DNA of 64,000 nt from an uncultured Candidatus Saccharibacteria bacterium (lineage in GTDB: Bacteria; Patescibacteriota; Minisyncoccia; Phycocordibacterales; UBA9973): the NCBI GenBank assembly GCA_964474435.1, contig CAYYSI010000001.1, positions 270,835 through 334,834 of the forward strand, read 5' to 3'. The notes beneath the pieces are model-generated. The model did no database searches. It was not told the DNA's origin and was given only the letters and a program-made list of their open reading frames with translations. Both the position numbers and the translations under genes were made by a program. Below are positions 51,884 to 61,108 of this stretch, piece by piece. Numbering within the stretch: the first letter of the stretch is position 1; the number at the start of each line of letters is the position of its first letter.

Positions 51884-52087
51884 TTAATTTCCCCCAAAGT
51901 ATGATTGTCCAGTGCGCAAAATCGTGTTGTAAAAATTGGATAATGCACTCCCTGACCCATTGTCCACAGTCGCCTTTTTGTCACTGGTATAAATGAGGAT
52001 GAGAAGGGTGAAAAGGATGACTGCCACCCCCACGGTGATGCCGAGTGCGATCCGTCTTTTGATGTGAGGAGGATGCTGGTCAAGCAT
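51884..52087 (-). CDS. Small membrane protein
   Basis: Single TM, in operon order before gyrA. Confidence 0.6.
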   Translation of the reverse strand: MLDQHPPHIKRRIALGITVGVAVILFTLLILIYTSDKKATVDNGSGSALSNFYNTILRTGQSYFGGN

Positions 52088-52092
52088 AATGG

Positions 52093-52704
52093 TTAGCCTT
52101 GTGGTGCAAGGACGATGATATGGCCTTCTTTGCCATCGAGGTCACGGCGTTTGAGGGTGAGTTTGTCTTGGACTTCATTTTTCTCCTGACCGCCTTCTTT
52201 GAGAAATCTCTTGAGTGACTCGTCAGTATAATCCATCGGAATGATGACATTGGGATCAAATGATGTCGCAGTCTTGTAGGCAAGTGTTGGGTCCTCACCA
52301 ATCGCAACAAATATCATATCTGCTTGTCCTGCGATTTCTTTGGCTTCACTTGAGAGTGTCTTTTCGTCATATGCAGCACCGAGAAAGGCGATCTTGATAC
52401 CGTCGAGCTCAAATCCATACACAGTATTTATAAAATCTTTCTTATCCACGTTTACAGTAGATCCAGCTCCAGTAAAAAAGAGTTCTTTGACTTCGTATGA
52501 GCCTGCAGAGTTGAGCACAAACGGTTCGCGGTCTCCCATCGTCACTGTTTCTGGATCGTTGTAATCGGCATGGTTGAGCGAGATGAGTGCGATGTCGGCA
52601 CCAAAGCGCGCTGGTTTTGAGGCCTTGGATGGTGGATTGGTCGCGATGGTGAGGTCACCAAGGGTGAGCTTGAAGTATTGTCGGCCGTAGTATGTGATAA
52701 CCAT
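52093..52704 (-). CDS. MBL-fold protein (Lactamase_B_3-like, degenerate metal site)
   Basis: ITYYG..FKL, ADIALISLNHADYN, AGSYEVK, IIPM. Confidence 0.8.
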   Translation of the reverse strand: MVITYYGRQYFKLTLGDLTIATNPPSKASKPARFGADIALISLNHADYNDPETVTMGDREPFVLNSAGSYEVKELFFTGAGSTVNVDKKDFINTVYGFELDGIKIAFLGAAYDEKTLSSEAKEIAGQADMIFVAIGEDPTLAYKTATSFDPNVIIPMDYTDESLKRFLKEGGQEKNEVQDKLTLKRRDLDGKEGHIIVLAPQG

Positions 52705-52785
52705 AAAGCTATCCTAGCAAAAATTAGGCAATAAAAAAAGCGGTTCTTTTGGAACACGCTTTAATATTATTTAATTTCTCCATTC

Positions 52786-53037
52786 CTACATCTTAAAAAA
52801 CCTTTTCACTGAATTAAGGAAGTTAATCAGGGCGATCGATGCAACCAATGCACATATAATCATTTTATAAGCTTCATGATTAGTAAGCACTCCTACAATA
52901 CTTATGAAAATAATCCAGAAGTGTAAAATCACTTCGGCATATTTTTCCAGTCTTTCTATAAGAGATACCTCCTTATTTGGTTGGATTATGGGAGCGATTT
53001 TTCTCAACCTAGCTATCATTAGTAATGACTTTTTCAT
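52786..53037 (-). CDS. Small orphan membrane protein
   Basis: Two TM; TTGACA-17-TATTAT promoter near 53115-53087. Confidence 0.55.
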   Translation of the reverse strand: MKKSLLMIARLRKIAPIIQPNKEVSLIERLEKYAEVILHFWIIFISIVGVLTNHEAYKMIICALVASIALINFLNSVKRFFKM

Positions 53038-53296
53038 AACAAAGAACTTTTATTTTATATGATTAAATAATTGATTTCTTAAGTATATAATAGCATACAT
53101 TTACATATATGTCAATATCCCCATTTCCCCTCGTAAATGCTAGTATTTCCCTACTCGAAAGAGTTAACAATTAACCTAGCAGGAATAACCTCATTGGCGC
53201 ACGAAATGGCTCATGAAATCTTGGTAGGCAGTTCGGGAGCCCAAAACATAGGCTCATCCGGATCGCCACCTCTGTGGCAATTTTTTATTTAAAATT

Positions 53297-54442
53297 ATGG
53301 CAACACGAACAACAAAAAAGAATGACCTCGAAGAAATGCAGCCCCAAGCAGTCCCGACTGATGTGGTAGTCAACAATGACGACATGGGTCCTCACCGACC
53401 AATGATGGACGAGCTCGTCGAAGGTCCAGTGATCGGCGTCGAAAAGGCAGCGATCTACATCGACCTTGCACCATTTGGTACCGGTATCATCTACGGCCGC
53501 GAATACATCGCAGCACGGGACTTGATCAAGAAAACCAACATCGGCGACACGATCAAGGCAAAGGTTGTCGAAACTGAAAACGATGATGGATACATCGAAC
53601 TCTCACTCAAGGAAGCAAAGGCAGCAATGCTCTGGAGTGACGCTGAGAACGCGATCAAAGACAAGACGGTCTTTGAACTCACCATCAAGGATGCGAACAA
53701 AGGAGGTCTTATCATTGACTGGCAAGGTGTGTCAGGATTCCTTCCTGCAAGTCAGCTCAAGGCTGAGCACTATCCACGCGTCGAAGACTCTGACAAGGAC
53801 AAGATCCTACGCGAACTCAAGAAACTCACTGGCACCAAGCTCGCAGTGACGATGATCTCTGCAAATCCAAAGGATGGCAAACTCATCTTCTCTGAGAAGG
53901 ATAACAATCCCGAAGAACGTCAGGAAGTCGTTTCAAAATATGCAGTGGGCGATGAGCTCGACTGCGAAGTAACTGGTATTGTGGACTTCGGAGTATTCCT
54001 CAAGATTGAGGATGGTCTCGAAGGACTCGTACACATCAGTGAACTCGACTGGGGACTTGTTGAAGATCCTCGCTCAATGTTCAAATTGAAAGATAAGGTG
54101 AAAGCAAAGATCATCGACATCAAGGATGGCAAGATCTCACTTTCTATCAAGGCACTCAAGGACAACCCTTGGAAGGCATTTGAAGGATCTCTCAAGAAAG
54201 GCGACGTCGTCAAAGGTGTTGTGATCAAATACAACAAACACGGCGCACTCGTCTCTATCAAAGAAGGAGTTGCTGGACTCGTCCACCACTCAACATTTGG
54301 TTCTGAAGAAAAGCTTCGTGCAGAACTTCAGCTCGGCCGCACCTATCCATTCACCGTTACTCTCTTTGAACCAAAAGAACAGCGCATGACGCTCGTCTTT
54401 GGAGAACAGAAAGTAGAAGATGAAAAGGTAGAAGAGAAATAA
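53297..54442 (+). CDS. rpsA: 30S ribosomal protein S1 (four S1 domains)
   Basis: NKGGLI, GFLPASQL, DFGVFL..EGLVHISEL, ISLSIK. Confidence 0.93.
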   Translation: MATRTTKKNDLEEMQPQAVPTDVVVNNDDMGPHRPMMDELVEGPVIGVEKAAIYIDLAPFGTGIIYGREYIAARDLIKKTNIGDTIKAKVVETENDDGYIELSLKEAKAAMLWSDAENAIKDKTVFELTIKDANKGGLIIDWQGVSGFLPASQLKAEHYPRVEDSDKDKILRELKKLTGTKLAVTMISANPKDGKLIFSEKDNNPEERQEVVSKYAVGDELDCEVTGIVDFGVFLKIEDGLEGLVHISELDWGLVEDPRSMFKLKDKVKAKIIDIKDGKISLSIKALKDNPWKAFEGSLKKGDVVKGVVIKYNKHGALVSIKEGVAGLVHHSTFGSEEKLRAELQLGRTYPFTVTLFEPKEQRMTLVFGEQKVEDEKVEEK

Positions 54443-54451
54443 TTATAGAAA

Positions 54452-54485
54452 TAAAAAATCCCTGATTTGATTCAGGGATTTTTTA
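54452..54485. terminator. Bidirectional terminator rpsA/pth
   Basis: aaaaaatccctga..tcagggatttttt. Confidence 0.75.
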
Positions 54486-55064
54486 TTAGTTGTATTGATT
54501 CATCACCTCATCAAAACTCTTTGTTTTGAGCGCATCAATGATCTCTATTGCGCGATTAATCCCCTCTTGTTTCAACTCTTCTTCCATTGGAGCGAAATCT
54601 GAGAGGAGGAACTTTTCAAATCCATCGGGTGGAGCAATACGTGGGAGCAGCTCTTCGTGGACAGGTCTGACACCGATGCGAATACGAAAGAATTCTTTGG
54701 TACCCAAGTGATCGATGACACTTTGCACACCATTGTGTCCACCAGAACCGCGATCAAACGAGCACTTCACAAGGCCGATGTTTATATCGACATCATCATA
54801 GACCACAACGATCCCAGCATCATATTGTTTCGCAAGCATGCGTGCAGCCTTGCCCGAGTCATTCATAAACGTGTCAGGCTTTGCAAGGAGTTGCTGAGGG
54901 CCGTTTTGTGCAAGGTGTGCATGAAAGAGATCCTTTTCAACGAAGTGAAGTCCTTCCTTTGCTGCAATCGCATCAAGTGCCATAAAGCCGACATTGTGCC
55001 GATGGCCTGCGAATTTGTGTCCTGGATTCCCCAAGCCAATAATTATCTTTGTATCACTTTGCAT
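54486..55064 (-). CDS. pth: Peptidyl-tRNA hydrolase
   Basis: IGLGNPG, RHNVGF, KPDTFMNDSG, GGHNG, RIRIGV. Confidence 0.95.
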   Translation of the reverse strand: MQSDTKIIIGLGNPGHKFAGHRHNVGFMALDAIAAKEGLHFVEKDLFHAHLAQNGPQQLLAKPDTFMNDSGKAARMLAKQYDAGIVVVYDDVDINIGLVKCSFDRGSGGHNGVQSVIDHLGTKEFFRIRIGVRPVHEELLPRIAPPDGFEKFLLSDFAPMEEELKQEGINRAIEIIDALKTKSFDEVMNQYN

Positions 55065-55130
55065 CCACCTATTAAACTACAAAAATGCGTGGTTGTCCCG
55101 CGATGATAAATCGTTTATACTTACGCCATT

Positions 55131-55718
55131 ATGGATCCATTGCTCACTCCAGCACCAAGCGTGCCGTCACCAAAGAGTCGTTTTTGGATATTTATCGAAA
55201 ATATCTTGTACATTGGTGCAGCCATCGGACTCGCACTCCTCATCCAAGCATTCGTCGTGCGTCCTTTTATTGTCTCTGGCAACTCCATGGATCCTGATAT
55301 CAAAAATGGCCAGTACTTGATCATTGATGAAATCTCATACAAAGTGCGCGAACCAGTACGCGGCGAAGTGATTGTGTTCAAGGCACCACCAGAGCCAAGC
55401 AAGTACTACATCAAGCGCATCATCGGCCTTCCTGGTGACACTGTCGACATCAAGGGTTCTACGATCACTATTACAAATACAGCCCATCCCAAGGGACTTG
55501 TCCTGGATGAATCATTCATCACTCACAAGAGCAGTGACAATGTCCATATCACCGTTCCCGACGGCCAGTACTACGTCATGGGTGACAACCGCAGCGGCAG
55601 CTACGACTCACGCTCATGGGGTATGCTCCCCGAGGCGAACATTCGAGGACGAGCACTCCTCCGACTCCTTCCTATCAGTACTATTGATTATCTGCCAGCA
55701 CACGTAACGTATGAATAA
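55131..55718 (+). CDS. lepB: Signal peptidase I
   Basis: SGNSMDP, YIKRIIGLPGD, MGDNR..SYDSR.WG. Confidence 0.95.
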   Translation: MDPLLTPAPSVPSPKSRFWIFIENILYIGAAIGLALLIQAFVVRPFIVSGNSMDPDIKNGQYLIIDEISYKVREPVRGEVIVFKAPPEPSKYYIKRIIGLPGDTVDIKGSTITITNTAHPKGLVLDESFITHKSSDNVHITVPDGQYYVMGDNRSGSYDSRSWGMLPEANIRGRALLRLLPISTIDYLPAHVTYE

Positions 55719-57006
55719 AGAACCTGTAAAAAAGACACAACAAGAACTCGCAAGCCCCAAAGGCATGCGCGACATTATCGGCGACGACTACTACAAGTTC
55801 CAAGGCTTCTTTGAAAAAGCGCAAGAAGTCGCCGTGTACTATGGATTCAAGCCAATCGAAACACCTATCCTTGAACACGAAGAAACATTTACCACTGCAG
55901 TAGGAGTGGGTACTGACATCGTCGATAAGGAAATGTACACCCTCAAGACCAAGGGTGGCGACCATCTCGCGATGCGTCCCGAACAAACTGCTGGCCTCAT
56001 GCGCGCATACATCCAACACGGCATGCAAAATCAACCGCAGCCAGTGCTGCTCTATCACTCAGGGCCAGTGTTTCGTCACGACAAACCTCAGCGCGGCCGA
56101 TATCGACAGTTCTATCAGTTTGATGTGGACTCAATCGGCAGCGAAAAAAGTATCGTTGATGCACTCGTGATCAAGACAATCTACACGATCCTCGAAGAAG
56201 CCGGGGCAAAAAATATCTGTGTGACGATCAACTCGATCGGCGACAAAGACTCTCGTCCTACCTATATCCGCGAACTCACCAACTACTACAAGAAGCATAT
56301 GGACGAGCTTCCCGAAATCGATCGCGAACGATTGAAAACAAACCCCCTTCGCATCCTTGATTCTAAAGAACCTGCAACTATTGCGATCAACGCAGGTGCA
56401 CCAGACTCAGTCAACTATCTCTCTGCTGCGGGCAAGAAACACTTCAAAGAAGTGCTCGAATACCTCGACCAGATGGAGATCCCATACCAGATCGACAAGA
56501 TGCTCGTGCGCGGCCTCTCATACTACACGCACACAGTGTTCGAGATCATCGAGACCAATGAAGAAGGTCAGAACATGACGATCGCAGGTGGTGGTCGCTA
56601 CGACTATCTTGGTAAACAACTTGGCAGCAAAAAGGACATCCCTGCAATGGGTGGCTCAATAGGCATCGATCGCATCATCGATCAACCATGGTTCAAGGAC
56701 CTCACCCCACGCATCATGAAAAAACCAAAGGTGTACTTCATCCAAGTCGGCATGGAGGCAAAGCTCAAGAGCCTCAACATCGTCGAAATCCTCCGCAAGG
56801 CTCACATCCCGATCATGCAATCCCTTTCCAAAGATTCTCTCGGCTCACAACTCGCCGTTGCAGAAAAGAGTGGGACTCCATACGTCATGATATTTGGCCA
56901 AATGGAAGCAGTGCACAACACTGTCATCGTGCGCAATATGGAAACGCGCTCACAGGACACCGTACCGATTGCAGAACTCGCGAGCTATATCAAGCATTTG
57001 AAGTAA
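55711..57006 (+). CDS. hisS: Histidine--tRNA ligase
   Basis: PKGMRD, MRPEQTA, PQRGRYRQFYQ, LVRGLSYY, GGGRYD. Confidence 0.96.
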   Translation: MNKEPVKKTQQELASPKGMRDIIGDDYYKFQGFFEKAQEVAVYYGFKPIETPILEHEETFTTAVGVGTDIVDKEMYTLKTKGGDHLAMRPEQTAGLMRAYIQHGMQNQPQPVLLYHSGPVFRHDKPQRGRYRQFYQFDVDSIGSEKSIVDALVIKTIYTILEEAGAKNICVTINSIGDKDSRPTYIRELTNYYKKHMDELPEIDRERLKTNPLRILDSKEPATIAINAGAPDSVNYLSAAGKKHFKEVLEYLDQMEIPYQIDKMLVRGLSYYTHTVFEIIETNEEGQNMTIAGGGRYDYLGKQLGSKKDIPAMGGSIGIDRIIDQPWFKDLTPRIMKKPKVYFIQVGMEAKLKSLNIVEILRKAHIPIMQSLSKDSLGSQLAVAEKSGTPYVMIFGQMEAVHNTVIVRNMETRSQDTVPIAELASYIKHLK

Positions 57007-57007
57007 C

Positions 57008-57499
57008 ATGGCAAAACAAATTGTCCAAGAACCAGATTCTGTATTGCGCGCAACCGCACAGGTAGTGCCAAAGGAGAGCATCACGACTCCAAAGATTCAA
57101 AAAATTATTAAGGATATGAAAGAGGCACTCAGCCTCGAAGCAGATGGTGTCGCAATCGCAGCTCCACAGATCGGACATAGCCTGCGCATATTCGTCGTCG
57201 CAGCACGCGCATCCAAATTGCTGAGCGATGACACAGTGTTCATCAACCCCGAAATCATTCGTATTGGGAAAAAGAAAGAAGACCTGTCGGAAGGCTGCCT
57301 CTCTGTCCGTTGGAAATATGGAGTCGTGAAGCGCTCAACGAGCTGTACTGTCCGAGCACTCAACGCAGAAGGTAACGAATTCGTCATCAGCGGCCGCGGC
57401 CTCCTTGCACAAATATTCCAACATGAGATTGATCATCTCAACGGCATTCTCTTCATCGATAAGGCAACCAATGTGCAGGATGTGCCACCGAGTAAATAG
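57008..57499 (+). CDS. def: Peptide deformylase
   Basis: GVAIAAPQIG, EGCLS, QHEIDHLNG. Confidence 0.96.
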   Translation: MAKQIVQEPDSVLRATAQVVPKESITTPKIQKIIKDMKEALSLEADGVAIAAPQIGHSLRIFVVAARASKLLSDDTVFINPEIIRIGKKKEDLSEGCLSVRWKYGVVKRSTSCTVRALNAEGNEFVISGRGLLAQIFQHEIDHLNGILFIDKATNVQDVPPSK

Positions 57500-57526
57500 G
57501 AGTGGCTCTGTGGTACAATCCTCAAT

Positions 57527-57976
57527 ATGAATAAAAAGAATATTCTTATAATTATACTTTTGCTTATTATTGCAGTTCTTGCTTACTTAAGATTCGAAAA
57601 AAAAGACATAGTTACTAGCCCAACTCATACAGAACCAAAAACTATTGACCCTGTTTCAAAACCAGTAGTTACCAAACCTTTTACTTCTAATAACAATGCC
57701 GCCCTAGAAAAAATAGCAATTTCTAAAGGAAATCGAAAAGGTGACAAAATGACAATTTATCAATGTAGTGTTGAAAGCAAAACGTATTTTGCTTCTGATG
57801 ATCGACCAGTTGATGGGTCTCTATCTATTTATGATACACAAGGTAACTTATCAGCAGATTGTGGTGGTGGCATGACTCTGCCTGATCCAAATAATCCACG
57901 GCCTGCTCCTGCACCAATATGTAGCAAGGTAGACGTGTATAGTAGTAGCTGTAAAAGTATTTCTTATACTCGATAA
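57527..57976 (+). CDS. Exported Cys-containing hypothetical protein
   Basis: N-terminal TM, four Cys; AT-rich; sits between def and fmt. Confidence 0.7.
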   Translation: MNKKNILIIILLLIIAVLAYLRFEKKDIVTSPTHTEPKTIDPVSKPVVTKPFTSNNNAALEKIAISKGNRKGDKMTIYQCSVESKTYFASDDRPVDGSLSIYDTQGNLSADCGGGMTLPDPNNPRPAPAPICSKVDVYSSSCKSISYTR

Positions 57977-57994
57977 TCTACACTATTAGAAATT

Positions 57995-58816
57995 ATGAAC
58001 ATAGCTTTTTTCGGCACCCCGCCATTTACGACTGACTTTCTCTATACCCTTGTGGCAAGCGGCTATCCCCCTTCTCTCGTCGTCACAGGCCCTGATCGCC
58101 CCTCTGGGCGCGGTATGACACTCGCGTCCCCTGCTCCCAAAGTGTGGGCAGATGAACACACTATCAAAGTACTCCAACCCGAGAAGCTCGACGATGCATT
58201 TTTTGCAGAGCTTTCACAAACACAGTGGGATCTCTTTGTTGTTGTCGCGTATGGCAAGATCATGCCGCAAAGAGTTATTGATTTACCAAAGTATGGAACA
58301 ATCAATGTGCATTATTCCCTGCTTCCCAAATATCGTGGCGCGACTCCGGCAGAGTCTGCAATCCTCAACGGTGATACAACAACAGGTGTAACTATCCAAC
58401 AAATGGTGTACAAGCTCGACGCTGGCAATATTTTATCTAAAAAAGAAATAGCTATTGATCCAATTGACACAACTCCAATACTGCGCGATAAATTAAACAC
58501 TGAAGCGCTCACCCTTCTTCCAGAAACCGTCAAAAAAATAATTGATGGAACCATTGCACCTACTGCGCAAGATGAATCCTTCGTCACGACATGCACCAAA
58601 ATTTCCAAAGAAGATGGCGAAATCAATCTACTCGATAATGCAATCACAAATGACCGCAAATACCGTGCATACTATGGCTGGCCGGGATCATATTTTTTCG
58701 ACAACGGAAAGCGGGTCAAAATAACAAAAGCTCATCTTGAGGCGCAGACTTTTGTGATCGATGAAGTGATACCCGAGAATGGCAAACGAATGCCATATAG
58801 TGTATTTCGATCTTAA
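57995..58816 (+). CDS. fmt: Methionyl-tRNA formyltransferase (short C-terminus)
   Basis: FFGTPPF, PDRPSGRG, VVAYG, INVHYSLLPKYRGATP, LDAG. Confidence 0.95.
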   Translation: MNIAFFGTPPFTTDFLYTLVASGYPPSLVVTGPDRPSGRGMTLASPAPKVWADEHTIKVLQPEKLDDAFFAELSQTQWDLFVVVAYGKIMPQRVIDLPKYGTINVHYSLLPKYRGATPAESAILNGDTTTGVTIQQMVYKLDAGNILSKKEIAIDPIDTTPILRDKLNTEALTLLPETVKKIIDGTIAPTAQDESFVTTCTKISKEDGEINLLDNAITNDRKYRAYYGWPGSYFFDNGKRVKITKAHLEAQTFVIDEVIPENGKRMPYSVFRS

Positions 58817-59172
58817 CTTCGAAACCCTCGCAACATATTTTTCACTTTTTGTGCACCACGTCTAAAGAGTGTGGTCTTTTTGTCTTTGGCAGAGGTGAGC
58901 TCGCGGACGATTTCGCTGCGGACGTCGTCGATCGCTTCATACATGTCTGCTTTTTGTGAGGCTGCATGATACTGCTTGCCGAGCGGAGTCACGATATGCG
59001 CCTTGGCTTCAAATATTTCTCCTTTGTTGTGGTGGCCAGTTGTCTTGTCGAGATCTATGGTAACGGTAGGTTCGCTGCCCGTAAATTTGGCAAGACCCGA
59101 AAAGCGCTTTTCGACATATTCTTTTAATGCAGATGTCAGCTCTATACTGTGTGCGTTAATTGATATATTCAT
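58813..59172 (-). CDS. hpf: Ribosome hibernation factor HPF/RaiA
   Basis: IELTSALKEYVEKR, DMYEAID. Confidence 0.88.
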   Translation of the reverse strand: MNISINAHSIELTSALKEYVEKRFSGLAKFTGSEPTVTIDLDKTTGHHNKGEIFEAKAHIVTPLGKQYHAASQKADMYEAIDDVRSEIVRELTSAKDKKTTLFRRGAQKVKNMLRGFRS

Positions 59173-59189
59173 ATACTCCTAGTATAGCA

Positions 59190-60605
59190 CTATTCAACCG
59201 TGAGTATCATGAGCATGTTGGTGCTCCCAGTCACCCGAAATGGCACTCCCGCAGAGACAACGATATGATCTCCCTTGATTGCAACACCTTCCTTCTTAAG
59301 CGTTGTGTTCACCGTTGGTATAATCTCCGCGACATAGTGAAATGGCTTGATCTTGACCGGGTAGCAACCATAGACGAGGAGGAGCTGGCGCATGACGCTC
59401 TCGTGTGAGGTGAATGCAATGATTGGCTGCTGTGGTTTGTAACGAGCAATCATGCGCGGCGTTGAGCCGGTCTCAGTGAGCGCAACGATTGCCGTTGCGT
59501 GCACATCCTCTGCGTTGTGGACGACTGACGAAGAAATCGAATCAACAACATCACCTCCGTGTACTTTGTGTCGACGATGTGTACCAATCTCTGCTTCTGT
59601 TCGAACAGCAATATCACTCATCATGGTGACTGCTTCGAGCGGATACTTGCCGAGCGTTGTTTCTTCGGACAACATGACGGCATCTGCTCCATCAAAGATC
59701 GCATTGGCAACATCAGAGACTTCGGCACGTGTAGGCACTGGTGTCATGATCATACTTTCGAGCATTTGTGTCGCGACGATCACCGGTTTGCCGATGTCGT
59801 TACATTTCTTGATGATTTGTTTCTGCAGTGACGGCACTTTTTCGGGACCGACTTCGATCGCGAGATCTCCGCGCGCAACCATGACGATATCCGTTGCCGC
59901 AATGATCGCATCAATATTATCAATCGCCTCTTGTGTCTCTACCTTTGCCACGATCTGCGCGTCTGAGTTGTACTTTTTGAGAAGTTTGCGAAGGACCATG
60001 ATGTCATCTGCAGTACGGACAAACGACAGCGCCACAAAGTCCACTCCTTGTTCAAGTCCAAAGACGAGATCTTTTTTATCTTTGGCAGTCAGTGCATCGA
60101 TCGAGAGATATGCGCCAGGAATGTTCACGCCACGACGACTTTTGGTCGTACCCCCAATGACCACCTTGGTATATATTTCGACACCTTTCACCTTTATGAC
60201 TTCCAGTTTTTTCTTGCCATCATCGAGCATCAGTATCATGCCTGGTTTGATATCAGTCGCAATATGGGGATAGTTGAAATGCACACGCTGTGCGTTTCCC
60301 AATATCTTTTCTCCTGTGAGGATCAGTTCTTCGCCCGGCACGAGCTCGACAACACTCTCCGCAAAATCTCCAATGCGGATCTTGGGCCCTGCGAGATCCA
60401 GAAGTACTCCGAGTGTAAATCCTTCCTTTTTTGCGACAGCTTTGATCGTCTTTATTTTCTTGGACTGCTCGTCGTATGAGCCATGGCTCATATTGATGCG
60501 GGCAACGTTTACACCGGCGTTGAGGACCTTGGCGAACATCTCTTTGGTCTCGGTGACAGGTCCAATGGTTGCGACAATTTTGGTCTTTTTGGTGAAATGA
60601 TGCAT
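59190..60605 (-). CDS. pyk: Pyruvate kinase
   Basis: KTKIVATIGP, ARINMSHG, DLAGPKIR, MVARGDL, ATQMLESM, PTRAEVSDVANA. Confidence 0.97.
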   Translation of the reverse strand: MHHFTKKTKIVATIGPVTETKEMFAKVLNAGVNVARINMSHGSYDEQSKKIKTIKAVAKKEGFTLGVLLDLAGPKIRIGDFAESVVELVPGEELILTGEKILGNAQRVHFNYPHIATDIKPGMILMLDDGKKKLEVIKVKGVEIYTKVVIGGTTKSRRGVNIPGAYLSIDALTAKDKKDLVFGLEQGVDFVALSFVRTADDIMVLRKLLKKYNSDAQIVAKVETQEAIDNIDAIIAATDIVMVARGDLAIEVGPEKVPSLQKQIIKKCNDIGKPVIVATQMLESMIMTPVPTRAEVSDVANAIFDGADAVMLSEETTLGKYPLEAVTMMSDIAVRTEAEIGTHRRHKVHGGDVVDSISSSVVHNAEDVHATAIVALTETGSTPRMIARYKPQQPIIAFTSHESVMRQLLLVYGCYPVKIKPFHYVAEIIPTVNTTLKKEGVAIKGDHIVVSAGVPFRVTGSTNMLMILTVE

Positions 60606-60663
60606 AGAAGTGGTATGGGTTGAATATTTGAAAATGCTAGGTAGTATAGCTCTGTATACAGAT

Positions 60664-60921
60664 ATGGGCAAAGTATTGGCAATAATTGGCGTCATCCTCC
60701 TCGTCTGGGTCATGTACCCACATGTTCGTGCGGGTGAATTCATCGCGCCTACCGCTATCGCCCCTGACACATGGATGTCAGACTATGTCTCAAGCCATGG
60801 GCAGGACTACCTCGCCACTCCTCCCCAGGGCTACGGCTGGTTCCGATTCGACTTTTGGAACAATCCGAGCCCCTATGGCCGCACCGTAGAAAAGGACGAC
60901 TTTCGGTTGACCGGGAAGTAG
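60664..60921 (+). CDS. Small hypothetical exported protein
   Basis: Signal-like N-terminus; divergent from pyk. Confidence 0.5.
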   Translation: MGKVLAIIGVILLVWVMYPHVRAGEFIAPTAIAPDTWMSDYVSSHGQDYLATPPQGYGWFRFDFWNNPSPYGRTVEKDDFRLTGK

Positions 60922-60982
60922 ATCTTGGGATCGCACTATATGGGCATGTAATAAAGCTACTATACCAAGGCTCACTTCCCGG

Positions 60983-61029
60983 TTGAAGTGGTAGGTGAAA
61001 AATGGTATAGTCTGCAAGTTCTTTTTAAA
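60983..61029 (+). promoter_or_regulatory. Promoter (and boxA-like motif) for the tRNA-Asn transcript
   Basis: TTGAAG-17-TATAGT with TG extension, followed by GTTCTTTTTAAA. Confidence 0.6.
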
Positions 61030-61065
61030 GAGCTCCTCATAGGTTCGAATCCTATTCGGGGAGCA
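61026..61065 (+). pseudogene. Orphan tRNA 3'-half (Asn-like)
   Basis: TAA-AGAGC-TCCTC-ATAGG-TTCGAAT-CCTAT-TCGGGGA-G, gap-free colinear with the tRNA-Asn 3' exon. Confidence 0.65.
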
Positions 61066-61108
61066 CAAATACAATCCCCTGTAGCTCAGCGGTAGAGCAG
61101 TCGCCTGT

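Noticed and set aside
59452-60273. Long antisense ORFs (also 2017-2763, 4339-5043, 31420-32181, 39080-39805, 49508-50161)
   Set aside because: Shadow frames of well-supported housekeeping genes
60976-61065. Complete non-canonical tRNA using TTCCCGG (60976) as the acceptor 5' strand
   Set aside because: Spacing is too long, there is no D arm, and the interval matches a promoter
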